NCBI GenBank assembly: GCA_937915925.1
Contig: CALGGM010000042.1
Span: 21,791-85,790 of the forward strand
Origin: an uncultured Clostridia bacterium
GTDB lineage: Bacteria; Bacillota; Clostridia; Christensenellales; CAG-138
Direction of reading: 5' to 3'
DNA: 64,000 nt
In this document: piece by piece, positions 28,153 through 35,666 of the stretch
Numbering within the stretch: position 1 is the stretch's first letter
Layout of the letters: every line of letters starts with the position of its first letter
Notes under the pieces: model-generated
The model's input: the letters and a program-made list of their open reading frames with translations, nothing else
Database searches by the model: none
What the model was told of the DNA's origin: nothing
Made by a program: the position numbers and the translations under genes

Positions 28153-29034
28153 TTATAAGTCCACGTGATCCGAGAACGGCGGCGTGAATGAACGTCCGAC
28201 GCTGGACAGCTCCTGCGTGAAAACATTGGTAAATCCGAGCGAAATGCAGTATTCGACTGCGCTTTCGTATTCGCGCTTTGTCAGCGGGCGGTTTAGCGGC
28301 TTTACGGTGCATTCCGGGATCGGGGTAAACTGCGACATCAGCGAGATCGGGCAGTCGACGCCGAATCGATCTCTGATCGCATCAAGCACATTGCGCGTAT
28401 CGAATACGCATCCGGGCAGAACGAGGTGCCGGATGCGGACGCCTCTCGCTGCGATCCCGTTTTCATCCGTCACCATCGGACCGACCTGCCGGATCATTTC
28501 CGCGATCGCTTCGATCGCCGTTTCAAAATAGTCGGAGGCGCGGGAGAATTTCAGCGACAGCCGCGCGTCGACATATTTGAGATCGGGAAGATAGATATCG
28601 ACAAGCCCTTCGTACGCGCGGACCGTTTCGACCGATTCGTACGCGTTCGTGTTGTATACGACGGGGATGGACAGACCGGACGATTTTGCCGCGCGCAGCG
28701 CGGAAACGAGCGCGTCGCGGTGCGGCGTGGGCGTTACCAGATTGATATTGTGCGCGCTGAGCGCCTGAAGCTTTAACATCGTTTCGGTCAGCCGTTCGAC
28801 GGAAAAGACCTCGCCAAGCGTTCCGTCCGTCAAAACCATGTTCTGACAGAAAATACATTTCAGATTGCAGCCGGAAAAGAAGATCGTCCCGCTGCCGCGC
28901 GTGCCGCTGATGCTCGGCTCCTCGTCATAATGCAGCGCCGCCCGCGCAACGCGGACAACGGAAGAACAGCCGCAGAATCCTGCCGCGGCTGTTCGGTCGA
29001 TTTTACAGTTTCTCGGACAAATGCTGCATGCCAT
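28153..29034 (-). CDS. Radical SAM protein, PflX-like (pyruvate formate-lyase activase homolog)
   Basis: CX3CX2C motif (GCNLKCIFCQN) and an N-terminal Cys cluster (MACSICPRNCKIDR). The ATG overlaps the upstream TGA (TGATG). Confidence 0.8.
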   Translation of the reverse strand: MACSICPRNCKIDRTAAAGFCGCSSVVRVARAALHYDEEPSISGTRGSGTIFFSGCNLKCIFCQNMVLTDGTLGEVFSVERLTETMLKLQALSAHNINLVTPTPHRDALVSALRAAKSSGLSIPVVYNTNAYESVETVRAYEGLVDIYLPDLKYVDARLSLKFSRASDYFETAIEAIAEMIRQVGPMVTDENGIAARGVRIRHLVLPGCVFDTRNVLDAIRDRFGVDCPISLMSQFTPIPECTVKPLNRPLTKREYESAVEYCISLGFTNVFTQELSSVGRSFTPPFSDHVDL

Positions 29035-30578
29035 CAGTCGAATACGCGCCTCCCGCATACGAAGTTCCGATACCAGTAAGAGGAAAAGGAGCTCTGCACG
29101 ACCTGTCCCTTGCTTGCGCTCGCGTGGATAAACTTGCTGCCGCCGATGTAGATCGCGGTATGGTTGACCTTTTCGCTCGTATCGCTCTTGAAGAACAAAA
29201 GATCGCCCTTCTTGAGATCGTCGACGGAATCGATGCGTTTCCAGCTGTTGTTGTTGGAATACGTGTACGCGTTCCGGCGGCTGACCTTGACGCCGCATTT
29301 ATTGAGGCAGTAGTGGACCAGACCGGAACAGTCGAACGAATCGGGACCTTCGTCGCCGAGGATGTACGGGTCGCCGAGCTGGTTCTGCGCGCACTTGATC
29401 ATGCCGCTGACGCTGTGGTCATAGGATGTGTTGTCCGTGCCGGGCTTCGTCGTCGGCTTCGGGGTTGCCGTGGGCTTCGGCGTCGCGGTCGGCTTCGGCG
29501 TTGCGGTCGGCTTCGGCGTCTTGGTAGGCTTGGGGGTTGCCGTAGGCTTCGGCGTCTTGGTCGGCTTCGGCGTTGCGGTCGGCTTCGGCGTCTTCGTGGG
29601 CTTCGGCGTTGCGGTCGGCTTCGGCGTCTTCGTCGGCTTCGGCGTCGGCGTCGTCTTGCCGGACGGCTTGGGCGTCGTCTTGCTCGTGGGCTTCGGTGTT
29701 GTTTTCGCCGTCGGTTTCGGCGTCGTCTTCGTTGTAGGCTTCGGCGTTGTCTTCGCCGTGGGCTTCGGCGTCGTTTTGTTCGTCGGCTTTGCGGTCGGCT
29801 TCGGCGTCGGCTTCGGCGTGGGCGACGGGGAAGGGGTCGGCGTTGCGACGGGGATCGCCTCGTCGGAATACAGAAGATCCCAATCGTCGCGGGTGATCTG
29901 CCCGTCGACCTCGATCTCGTTCTTCGCCTGGAACCGCATGACGGCTTCCTCGGTCAGCGGACCGTAATAGCCGGTGATGCGGTCGGTATAGTAGCCGAGA
30001 TCGCGAAGCTGACGCTGTACGCTTCTTACGTCGGCGCCGCTGTCGTCGAGCTTGATCCGGTACTCCTGCGCGTCCTTCGAGAACAGAATCTCCTGCAGCC
30101 CCGCGGACGCTACGCCGGTTTGCTCCATGTCGGAAGCCCGTTGAAACAGGATGACGGCGTTTCTGGTGGATTCGTTGTACAGGGTGCCGGGTTCGTCCGC
30201 TTCCATGTAGCCGAGGTCCATCAGCTTTTGCTGCAGAGATGAAACGGATACATTGTCGTCGTTCAGCTGAAGAGTCGAATAATGCGAGATCGCAATGCGG
30301 TTATCGGTCGGCGCGGGCGTGAACAGGCTCGTCTCGGCGATCGCCATGGGCGAGGGGCTCGGCGTACTGCCGCGCAGGGAAACGGAGTCCTCGCGCGCGG
30401 TCAGGTATTCGGATTCGGTGTTGGCGGAGGGGAACGGCGAAAGCGAACGATCCCGGAGCAGCATCAAAAGACCGACGCCCATCAGCGCGGCGGCAGCGAC
30501 CAATGCGATCACGACACGCAGCGCGACCGCCATCGGACGGCGTTTCTTTCCGGGAAGCAATTTGACTTCAGAATCCAT
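29034..30578 (-). CDS. Cell-wall hydrolase: TM anchor, 2x PG_binding_1-like repeats, Pro/Thr/Lys linker, C-terminal NlpC/P60 domain
   Basis: LQQKLMDLGYM... and VQRQLRDLGYY... repeats. NlpC/P60 catalytic blocks DCSGLVHY and HTAIYIG. The TPKPT-type linker is ~130 aa long. Confidence 0.88.
   Translation of the reverse strand: MDSEVKLLPGKKRRPMAVALRVVIALVAAAALMGVGLLMLLRDRSLSPFPSANTESEYLTAREDSVSLRGSTPSPSPMAIAETSLFTPAPTDNRIAISHYSTLQLNDDNVSVSSLQQKLMDLGYMEADEPGTLYNESTRNAVILFQRASDMEQTGVASAGLQEILFSKDAQEYRIKLDDSGADVRSVQRQLRDLGYYTDRITGYYGPLTEEAVMRFQAKNEIEVDGQITRDDWDLLYSDEAIPVATPTPSPSPTPKPTPKPTAKPTNKTTPKPTAKTTPKPTTKTTPKPTAKTTPKPTSKTTPKPSGKTTPTPKPTKTPKPTATPKPTKTPKPTATPKPTKTPKPTATPKPTKTPKPTATPKPTATPKPTATPKPTTKPGTDNTSYDHSVSGMIKCAQNQLGDPYILGDEGPDSFDCSGLVHYCLNKCGVKVSRRNAYTYSNNNSWKRIDSVDDLKKGDLLFFKSDTSEKVNHTAIYIGGSKFIHASASKGQVVQSSFSSYWYRNFVCGRRVFD
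29440..29850 (-). repeat. Imperfect 18/36-nt tandem repeats encoding the (T/K)PKPTA linker of the NlpC/P60 protein
   Basis: Plus-strand reiteration of ggcttcggcgt(c/t)(g/t)(c/t)ggt(c/a), coding KPTATPKPTKTP units. Confidence 0.85.
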
Positions 30579-30631
30579 CGTTCGACTCCTTTCCGCATTT
30601 ATTATAGCATATCATATGTAACATAATCTTG

Positions 30632-30649
30632 AAATCTTTATAAAGATTT
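30632..30649. promoter_or_regulatory. Perfect 18-bp palindrome AAATCTTTATAAAGATTT (candidate operator)
   Basis: It sits in the divergent NlpC/P60 / ABC-F intergenic region, just upstream of the TGcTATAAT -10 element of the NlpC/P60 promoter on the minus strand. Confidence 0.4.
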
Positions 30650-30736
30650 TAGAAACGCTGCAAAGAAATGCGCGGCGCAGCGCTTGTTCGGACCGTTGTA
30701 CACATTGAATTGCACATCGAAATCTGCATTCCTATA

Positions 30737-30765
30737 TTTCCAAAAGGAAAAAGATGTGCTATACT
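30737..30765 (+). promoter_or_regulatory. Extended -10 promoter for the ABC-F gene (near-leaderless)
   Basis: TTTCCA, a 17-nt spacer, then TGcTATACT. Only 8 nt separate the -10 from the ATG, and there is no SD sequence. Confidence 0.5.
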
Positions 30766-30773
30766 GAATCTGT

Positions 30774-32699
30774 ATGTCATTACTGTATGTTGATCAATTA
30801 AAGAAATCATTCGCGGACCGCACGCTGTTCTCGGACGTATCCTTTGAGATCCGCCCGGGCGAGCGCGTCGGTCTGATCGGCGTGAACGGAAGCGGCAAAA
30901 CGACGCTGATGCGCATTCTGATGGGCGCAGAGCCGTACGACGGGGGATCGTTCGGCATGCGGCAAGGAGCGAAGCTTTCGTACGTCGAGCAGATCCCGAA
31001 GCTTACCGCCGATACGGATCTGTATCATTTTACGCTTGAAGCGTACCGACCGCTGCTGGACCTTGAAGCGGAGGCGGCGCGTATTCAGAAAAAACTGGAA
31101 AAGGATCCTTCGGACCGCGATCGGCTGATCGCAAGGCAGGCGGTCGTTTTGGACACGCTTGCAAGGGAGGACGGCGCGACGTTTCGCGCGCTGACGCGTT
31201 CCGCTTTGATCGGGCTCGGCTTCTCCGAGGACGATCTGACCCGCTCCGTCATGTCCTTCTCCGGCGGACAGGTCAGCAAGGCGATGCTCGCGCGGGCGAT
31301 CCTGTCCCGCGCCGACCTGCTGCTGCTCGACGAGCCGACGAACAATCTGGACGTTGCGGCGATCCGATGGCTGACGGAATTTTTGCGCCAATTCAAGGGT
31401 GCGGTGCTCGTCGTGTCCCACGACCGCGCGTTTTTGGACGATACGGTCACGCGGATGCTCGAGCTGCAGAGCGGGCGCGTCCGCGGCACGGACGGCAACT
31501 ACTCACGCTATATGGAATTGAAGCTCGACGCGCGCGAGCTCGCACGAAAGACGTATCTCAAAAAGCAAAAGGAGATCCGCCGCATCGAGGGCATCATCGA
31601 ACAGCAGAAACGCTGGAATCAGGCGCACAACTATGTGACGATCGCCTCGAAGCAAAAGCAGATCGACCGCATCAAGGCGGATATGGTCGAGCCGGAGCGC
31701 GACGAAAAGGCGATCGCGTTTCGCTTTCCGACGCCCGCGCCGACCGGAAACGAGGTATTCGTTCTGAACGACCTCGGCATGCGGTTCGGCGAGAATCGGG
31801 TCTTTTCGCATCTGAGCGGAATGATCCGCGCGGGGCAGTGCGTCTGTCTGATCGGCGCAAACGGCTGCGGGAAATCGACGCTTCTGAAGATCCTGACCGG
31901 TCAGGAACGGCAGACCGAGGGAACGTTTAAGATCGGCGCCGGCGTACGGATCGGATATTATGCGCAGAATACCTATGATCTGAACGACGCGAACACCGTG
32001 ATCGAGGAGCTCGACCGCGCGTTTCCTCTGATCGAGCGCAACACGCTGCGCGGATATCTCGGCATGTTCCTGTTCCGAAACGACGAGATCGAAAAGCGCA
32101 TCGGCTCTTTGTCAGGCGGAGAGAAGGCGAGGATCCGGCTTTTGAAGCTCGTGCTGTCCGGCGCGAACGTGCTGCTGTTGGACGAGCCGACCAACCATCT
32201 GGATATCGCATCCGCCGAGGTGCTTGAAAACGCGCTCGAGCGGTTCGAAGGGACGGTGCTGATCGTCACGCACGACCGGTACATGGTGAGACGGCTTGCC
32301 GACCGAACCGTGCTTCTGACGTCGGAAGGACTTGTGGAACCGCGCGACGAGAACGAGGACCTTTTTGAACGCATCGTGGAGCGCAGGGCGGAAAAGGTCA
32401 GGCCGCAGGCACGAACGGAACCCGACAACGCGTATCTGCGGAAGAAGGAGAACAAACAGCTTCGCGCGAAGGCGAAGCAGGAGATCTCCCGCATCGAGCG
32501 GCTGATCGGGGAGAACGAGGATGCAAAGCGCGAAGCGGAAACTGCGCTGATCGACGCGCAGACGACGAACGACTACCGGCGTATGCAGCAGCTGTACGAG
32601 ACGATCTCCGCGCTTGAAACGGAGGAAACAGACCTTTACGACCGACTGGAACGCGCGGAAGCGGCGCTTTCCGACATTGAAACGGAGGAAGAAACATGA
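30774..32699 (+). CDS. ABC-F family ATPase (two ABC domains, C-terminal coiled coil)
   Basis: Walker A motifs GVNGSGKTT and GANGCGKST, signature motifs LSGGQ and LSGGE, and no TM domain. Confidence 0.92.
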   Translation: MSLLYVDQLKKSFADRTLFSDVSFEIRPGERVGLIGVNGSGKTTLMRILMGAEPYDGGSFGMRQGAKLSYVEQIPKLTADTDLYHFTLEAYRPLLDLEAEAARIQKKLEKDPSDRDRLIARQAVVLDTLAREDGATFRALTRSALIGLGFSEDDLTRSVMSFSGGQVSKAMLARAILSRADLLLLDEPTNNLDVAAIRWLTEFLRQFKGAVLVVSHDRAFLDDTVTRMLELQSGRVRGTDGNYSRYMELKLDARELARKTYLKKQKEIRRIEGIIEQQKRWNQAHNYVTIASKQKQIDRIKADMVEPERDEKAIAFRFPTPAPTGNEVFVLNDLGMRFGENRVFSHLSGMIRAGQCVCLIGANGCGKSTLLKILTGQERQTEGTFKIGAGVRIGYYAQNTYDLNDANTVIEELDRAFPLIERNTLRGYLGMFLFRNDEIEKRIGSLSGGEKARIRLLKLVLSGANVLLLDEPTNHLDIASAEVLENALERFEGTVLIVTHDRYMVRRLADRTVLLTSEGLVEPRDENEDLFERIVERRAEKVRPQARTEPDNAYLRKKENKQLRAKAKQEISRIERLIGENEDAKREAETALIDAQTTNDYRRMQQLYETISALETEETDLYDRLERAEAALSDIETEEET

Positions 32700-34228
32700 T
32701 TTGGCATTACTTTCCGATCGGTATGCGGTTCCCCGTCGCGGACTTTTCCGAAGCCACGCGCCGCGCGTGCTGGCGCATCGCGCTCTCGGCGGCGTACGCG
32801 TCGGACGCGAGCGGCACGGGACTTTACGAGGCGTGCGAGTCCTTCGATCCGATCTCGCAAAGTCCGGTCTATACCTGTATCGTCTGCTATGTCGGCATCA
32901 AGCAGTCGCGTGCGGCGGGAAAGGCGATGCATGCGCTCGACCGCCTGATGGCAAGACTGTGCATCCATGAACCGCTTGTGCAGGCGAATTATCTCGAAGG
33001 CTTCGGACCCTATCCGATCCTTGCGGAGATCGACGCGCAGGGAAAGCTGATCCCAAACGAGCAGGGCGCGGCGTTTTTGCCGACCGAGCCGATCGAGCCG
33101 ATGCAAAAGAACGACGGATGGACGCTTCTGATCGCGCCGGATTCCATGAAGGGCGTTTGCGACGCGGAGCGGTTGACGCGCGTGCTCGGCACGGCTGCGG
33201 CGGATCACGGTCTTCGCGTCAGAAGAATGCCGATCGCGGACGGTGGCGAGGGATCGGTACGCGCATTGATCGTGGGAACGCAGGGCAGGTATGAAACGGT
33301 GCGCTGCGAGGATCTGAACGGCGCCGTCGTGAATATGACGGTCGGCGTGATCCCGGGACCGATCGCCGTGATCGAAGCGGCGGACGCGGTCGGGTTCGCG
33401 AGACGAACCGAGCAGACGCCGCCGATCGAAAAGCGAACGACCTGTGGCGTCGGCATGCTGATCAAAAAGACGCTCGATCTCGGCTATCGGAAGATATGGA
33501 TCGGGCTCGGCGGGTCGCTGACCTCCGATCTCGGGCTCGGCGCGCTTGCGGAGCTCGGCGTTCGGTTCCTTGACGCGGACGACGAATCGGTCGAACCGTG
33601 TCCGGAGAACCTTGAAAGGATCGCTGCTGTCGAGCGCGACGGATTGGATCCGCGCCTTGCGAATACCGAGCTTACACTGCTTTGCGACGTGAACGCGCCG
33701 CTGCTCGGCCGCGACGGTGCGCTCAACGTATTCGGACCGCAAAAGGGCGTGACGCCGGAGCAGATCACGGCGTGGGAAACGGCGTTCGAACGGCTCTCAA
33801 AGCGGCTCGGCGGCGATCCGAACGAACCCGGAAGCGGCGCGGCGGGCGGTCTCGGATTCGGCTTGAAGTCGATCGGCGGGACGCTGCGCTTTGGGTCGGA
33901 CCTGATCCTCGATCGGATCGGGCTCACGTTTGCAATCCGGGAAGCGGACTTCGTCATCACCGGGGAGGGCAGCTTTGACGCGCAGAGCCGACAGTTTCGC
34001 AAGGCGCCTGCCGCCGTGCTGGAACGTCTGTCCGACGGCGACCGACCGGGATGCCTTCTGGTGGGCAAGCTCGGCGTCGATGAGGACGCGCTTTTAAAGG
34101 GACAGCCGAAGCTCAAGGGCGTCGTGAAATGCCCGATCGGCGAGGAACCGTATGATCTGACGCTTACGGACGCGTTTGAACGCGCGATCCTGCCGATGAT
34201 CGGAAAAGACGTTGCCAACCGCTCCTGA
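32696..34228 (+). CDS. glxK: Glycerate kinase with ~140-aa N-terminal extension
   Basis: From about residue 143, LLIAPDSMKG, PIADGGEGSV and ITGEGSFDAQS blocks are typical of the glycerate kinase family. The upstream 140 codons are in frame, GC3-rich and overlap the ABC-F stop (ATGA). Confidence 0.8.
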   Translation: MIWHYFPIGMRFPVADFSEATRRACWRIALSAAYASDASGTGLYEACESFDPISQSPVYTCIVCYVGIKQSRAAGKAMHALDRLMARLCIHEPLVQANYLEGFGPYPILAEIDAQGKLIPNEQGAAFLPTEPIEPMQKNDGWTLLIAPDSMKGVCDAERLTRVLGTAAADHGLRVRRMPIADGGEGSVRALIVGTQGRYETVRCEDLNGAVVNMTVGVIPGPIAVIEAADAVGFARRTEQTPPIEKRTTCGVGMLIKKTLDLGYRKIWIGLGGSLTSDLGLGALAELGVRFLDADDESVEPCPENLERIAAVERDGLDPRLANTELTLLCDVNAPLLGRDGALNVFGPQKGVTPEQITAWETAFERLSKRLGGDPNEPGSGAAGGLGFGLKSIGGTLRFGSDLILDRIGLTFAIREADFVITGEGSFDAQSRQFRKAPAAVLERLSDGDRPGCLLVGKLGVDEDALLKGQPKLKGVVKCPIGEEPYDLTLTDAFERAILPMIGKDVANRS

Positions 34229-34240
34229 CCGTGATATAAT
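34212..34240 (+). promoter_or_regulatory. Sigma-A-type promoter for pdp
   Basis: TTGCCA, a 17-nt spacer, then TATAAT with TGa (extended -10). It overlaps the 3' end of glxK. Confidence 0.7.
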
Positions 34241-34270
34241 ATTCTATCTACTTTTAGGAGGAAAAACTGC

Positions 34271-35590
34271 ATGCGAATGGTCGATTTGATCGAAAAGAAG
34301 GTAACCGGGGAAGCGCTTTCCGGCGAAGAGATCCGTTTCATCGTGAACGGGTTTACCGACGGCACGATTCCCGATTACCAGATGGCGGCGTTCCAAATGG
34401 CGGTCGTGTTCAACGGCATGACCGACCGCGAGACGGCAGACCTGACGATGGCGATGATGCACTCGGGCGAGGTCGTCGATCTTTCCGACCTGCGCGGCGT
34501 GAAGGTCGACAAGCATTCCACCGGCGGCGTCGGCGACACCACGACGCTCGTCATCGCACCGCTCGTTGCGGCGTGCGGCGGCACGGTCGCAAAGATGAGC
34601 GGCAGAGGGCTCGGGCACACGGGCGGCACGCTCGACAAGCTCGAATCCATCCCCGGCGTCTGCATCGAGCAGCCGATGGAGCGGTTCAAGGAGATCGTGA
34701 ACGACATCGGCGTCGCGGTCATCGGGCAGACAGGCAACCTCGTTCCCGCCGATAAAAAGATGTACGCGCTGCGCGACGTCACCGCAACGGTCCGAAGCAT
34801 TCCGCTGATCGCGTCGAGCATCATGTCGAAGAAGCTTGCCGCGGGCACGGACGCGATCGTGCTGGACGTCAAGACGGGCACAGGCGCGTTTATGCAGACG
34901 GTGGACGAGGCGGAAAAGCTTGCGCACCTGATGGTCTCGATCGGTAAGCTCGTGGGACGCGAATGCGTCGCCGTCATTACCGACATGAATCAGCCGCTCG
35001 GCCTTGCGGTCGGCAACGCGCTGGAGGTCCGCGAGGCGATCGAGCTGCTGTCCGGCAAGATCCCGGCGGGCGATCCGCTCTATGAGGTCTGCATGCTTTT
35101 AGGCGTTCATATGATGCGTCTTTCGAAGCTTGCCGAGACGGAGGTCGAAGCGCGCGAAAAGCTCGAATCCGCGCTGCATTCCGGCGCAGGTCTTTTGAAG
35201 CTTCAAAAGATGATCGAAGCGGAGGGCGGCGATCCGTCCTACATCAGCCTCGACCGCATCGACGAGCTGTGCAAGGTCAAGACGGTTCTGAACGTCTATC
35301 CGAAGCGCGCGGGCTATATCTCTTCGATGAACGCGGAGCGCATCGGAACGGCGGCGCAGATCCTCGGCGCGGGCCGCGCAACGAAGGAAGAAAGCATCGA
35401 CCCGGCGGTCGGTCTCGTCATGAAGAAACGCCTCGGCGATTTTATCCGTGCGGACGAACCGCTCTGCGTGATGTATGTGAACGACGAATCCAAGCTCGAC
35501 GCCGCGTTTGAGATGTTCCACAGCGCGTTTGCCTACTCCGACGCTAAGCCGGATTACCGCCCGATGGTCTATGACGTCGTTCGCGCGTAA
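34271..35590 (+). CDS. pdp: Pyrimidine-nucleoside phosphorylase
   Basis: DKHSTGGVGDTT, SGRGLGHTGGTLDKLE and SIMSKKLA blocks. Confidence 0.95.
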   Translation: MRMVDLIEKKVTGEALSGEEIRFIVNGFTDGTIPDYQMAAFQMAVVFNGMTDRETADLTMAMMHSGEVVDLSDLRGVKVDKHSTGGVGDTTTLVIAPLVAACGGTVAKMSGRGLGHTGGTLDKLESIPGVCIEQPMERFKEIVNDIGVAVIGQTGNLVPADKKMYALRDVTATVRSIPLIASSIMSKKLAAGTDAIVLDVKTGTGAFMQTVDEAEKLAHLMVSIGKLVGRECVAVITDMNQPLGLAVGNALEVREAIELLSGKIPAGDPLYEVCMLLGVHMMRLSKLAETEVEAREKLESALHSGAGLLKLQKMIEAEGGDPSYISLDRIDELCKVKTVLNVYPKRAGYISSMNAERIGTAAQILGAGRATKEESIDPAVGLVMKKRLGDFIRADEPLCVMYVNDESKLDAAFEMFHSAFAYSDAKPDYRPMVYDVVRA

Positions 35591-35616
35591 CCGATTATAA
35601 ATCATTTTAACACGGT

Positions 35617-35654
35617 CCGAGACGGCGCATACGATCCCGTATGTGCCGTTTCGG
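35617..35654 (+). other. Strong 17-bp stem-loop between pdp and polA (no U-tract)
   Basis: ccgagacggcgcatacg / cgtatgtgccgtttcgg (two G-U pairs, 4-nt loop). Confidence 0.6.
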
Positions 35655-35666
35655 GAAAGGGAAGCT

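Noticed and set aside
29440-29850. Repeat array that could be mistaken for CRISPR.
   Set aside because: The 18/36-nt units are contiguous with no spacers. They lie in frame inside the NlpC/P60 ORF and encode a Pro/Thr/Lys linker.
30579-30773. Possible ydaO (cyclic-di-AMP) or other riboswitch upstream of the NlpC/P60 hydrolase.
   Set aside because: The extended -10 (TGcTATAAT) lies ~25 nt from the ATG, so the 5' UTR is too short for a riboswitch. No conserved riboswitch core is seen.
35643-35666. Upstream GTG start for polA, given in the ORF track.
   Set aside because: This GTG lies inside the 3' arm of the 17-bp hairpin and has no RBS. The ATG at 35667 has GAAAGGGAAG upstream and gives a normal Pol I N-terminus.
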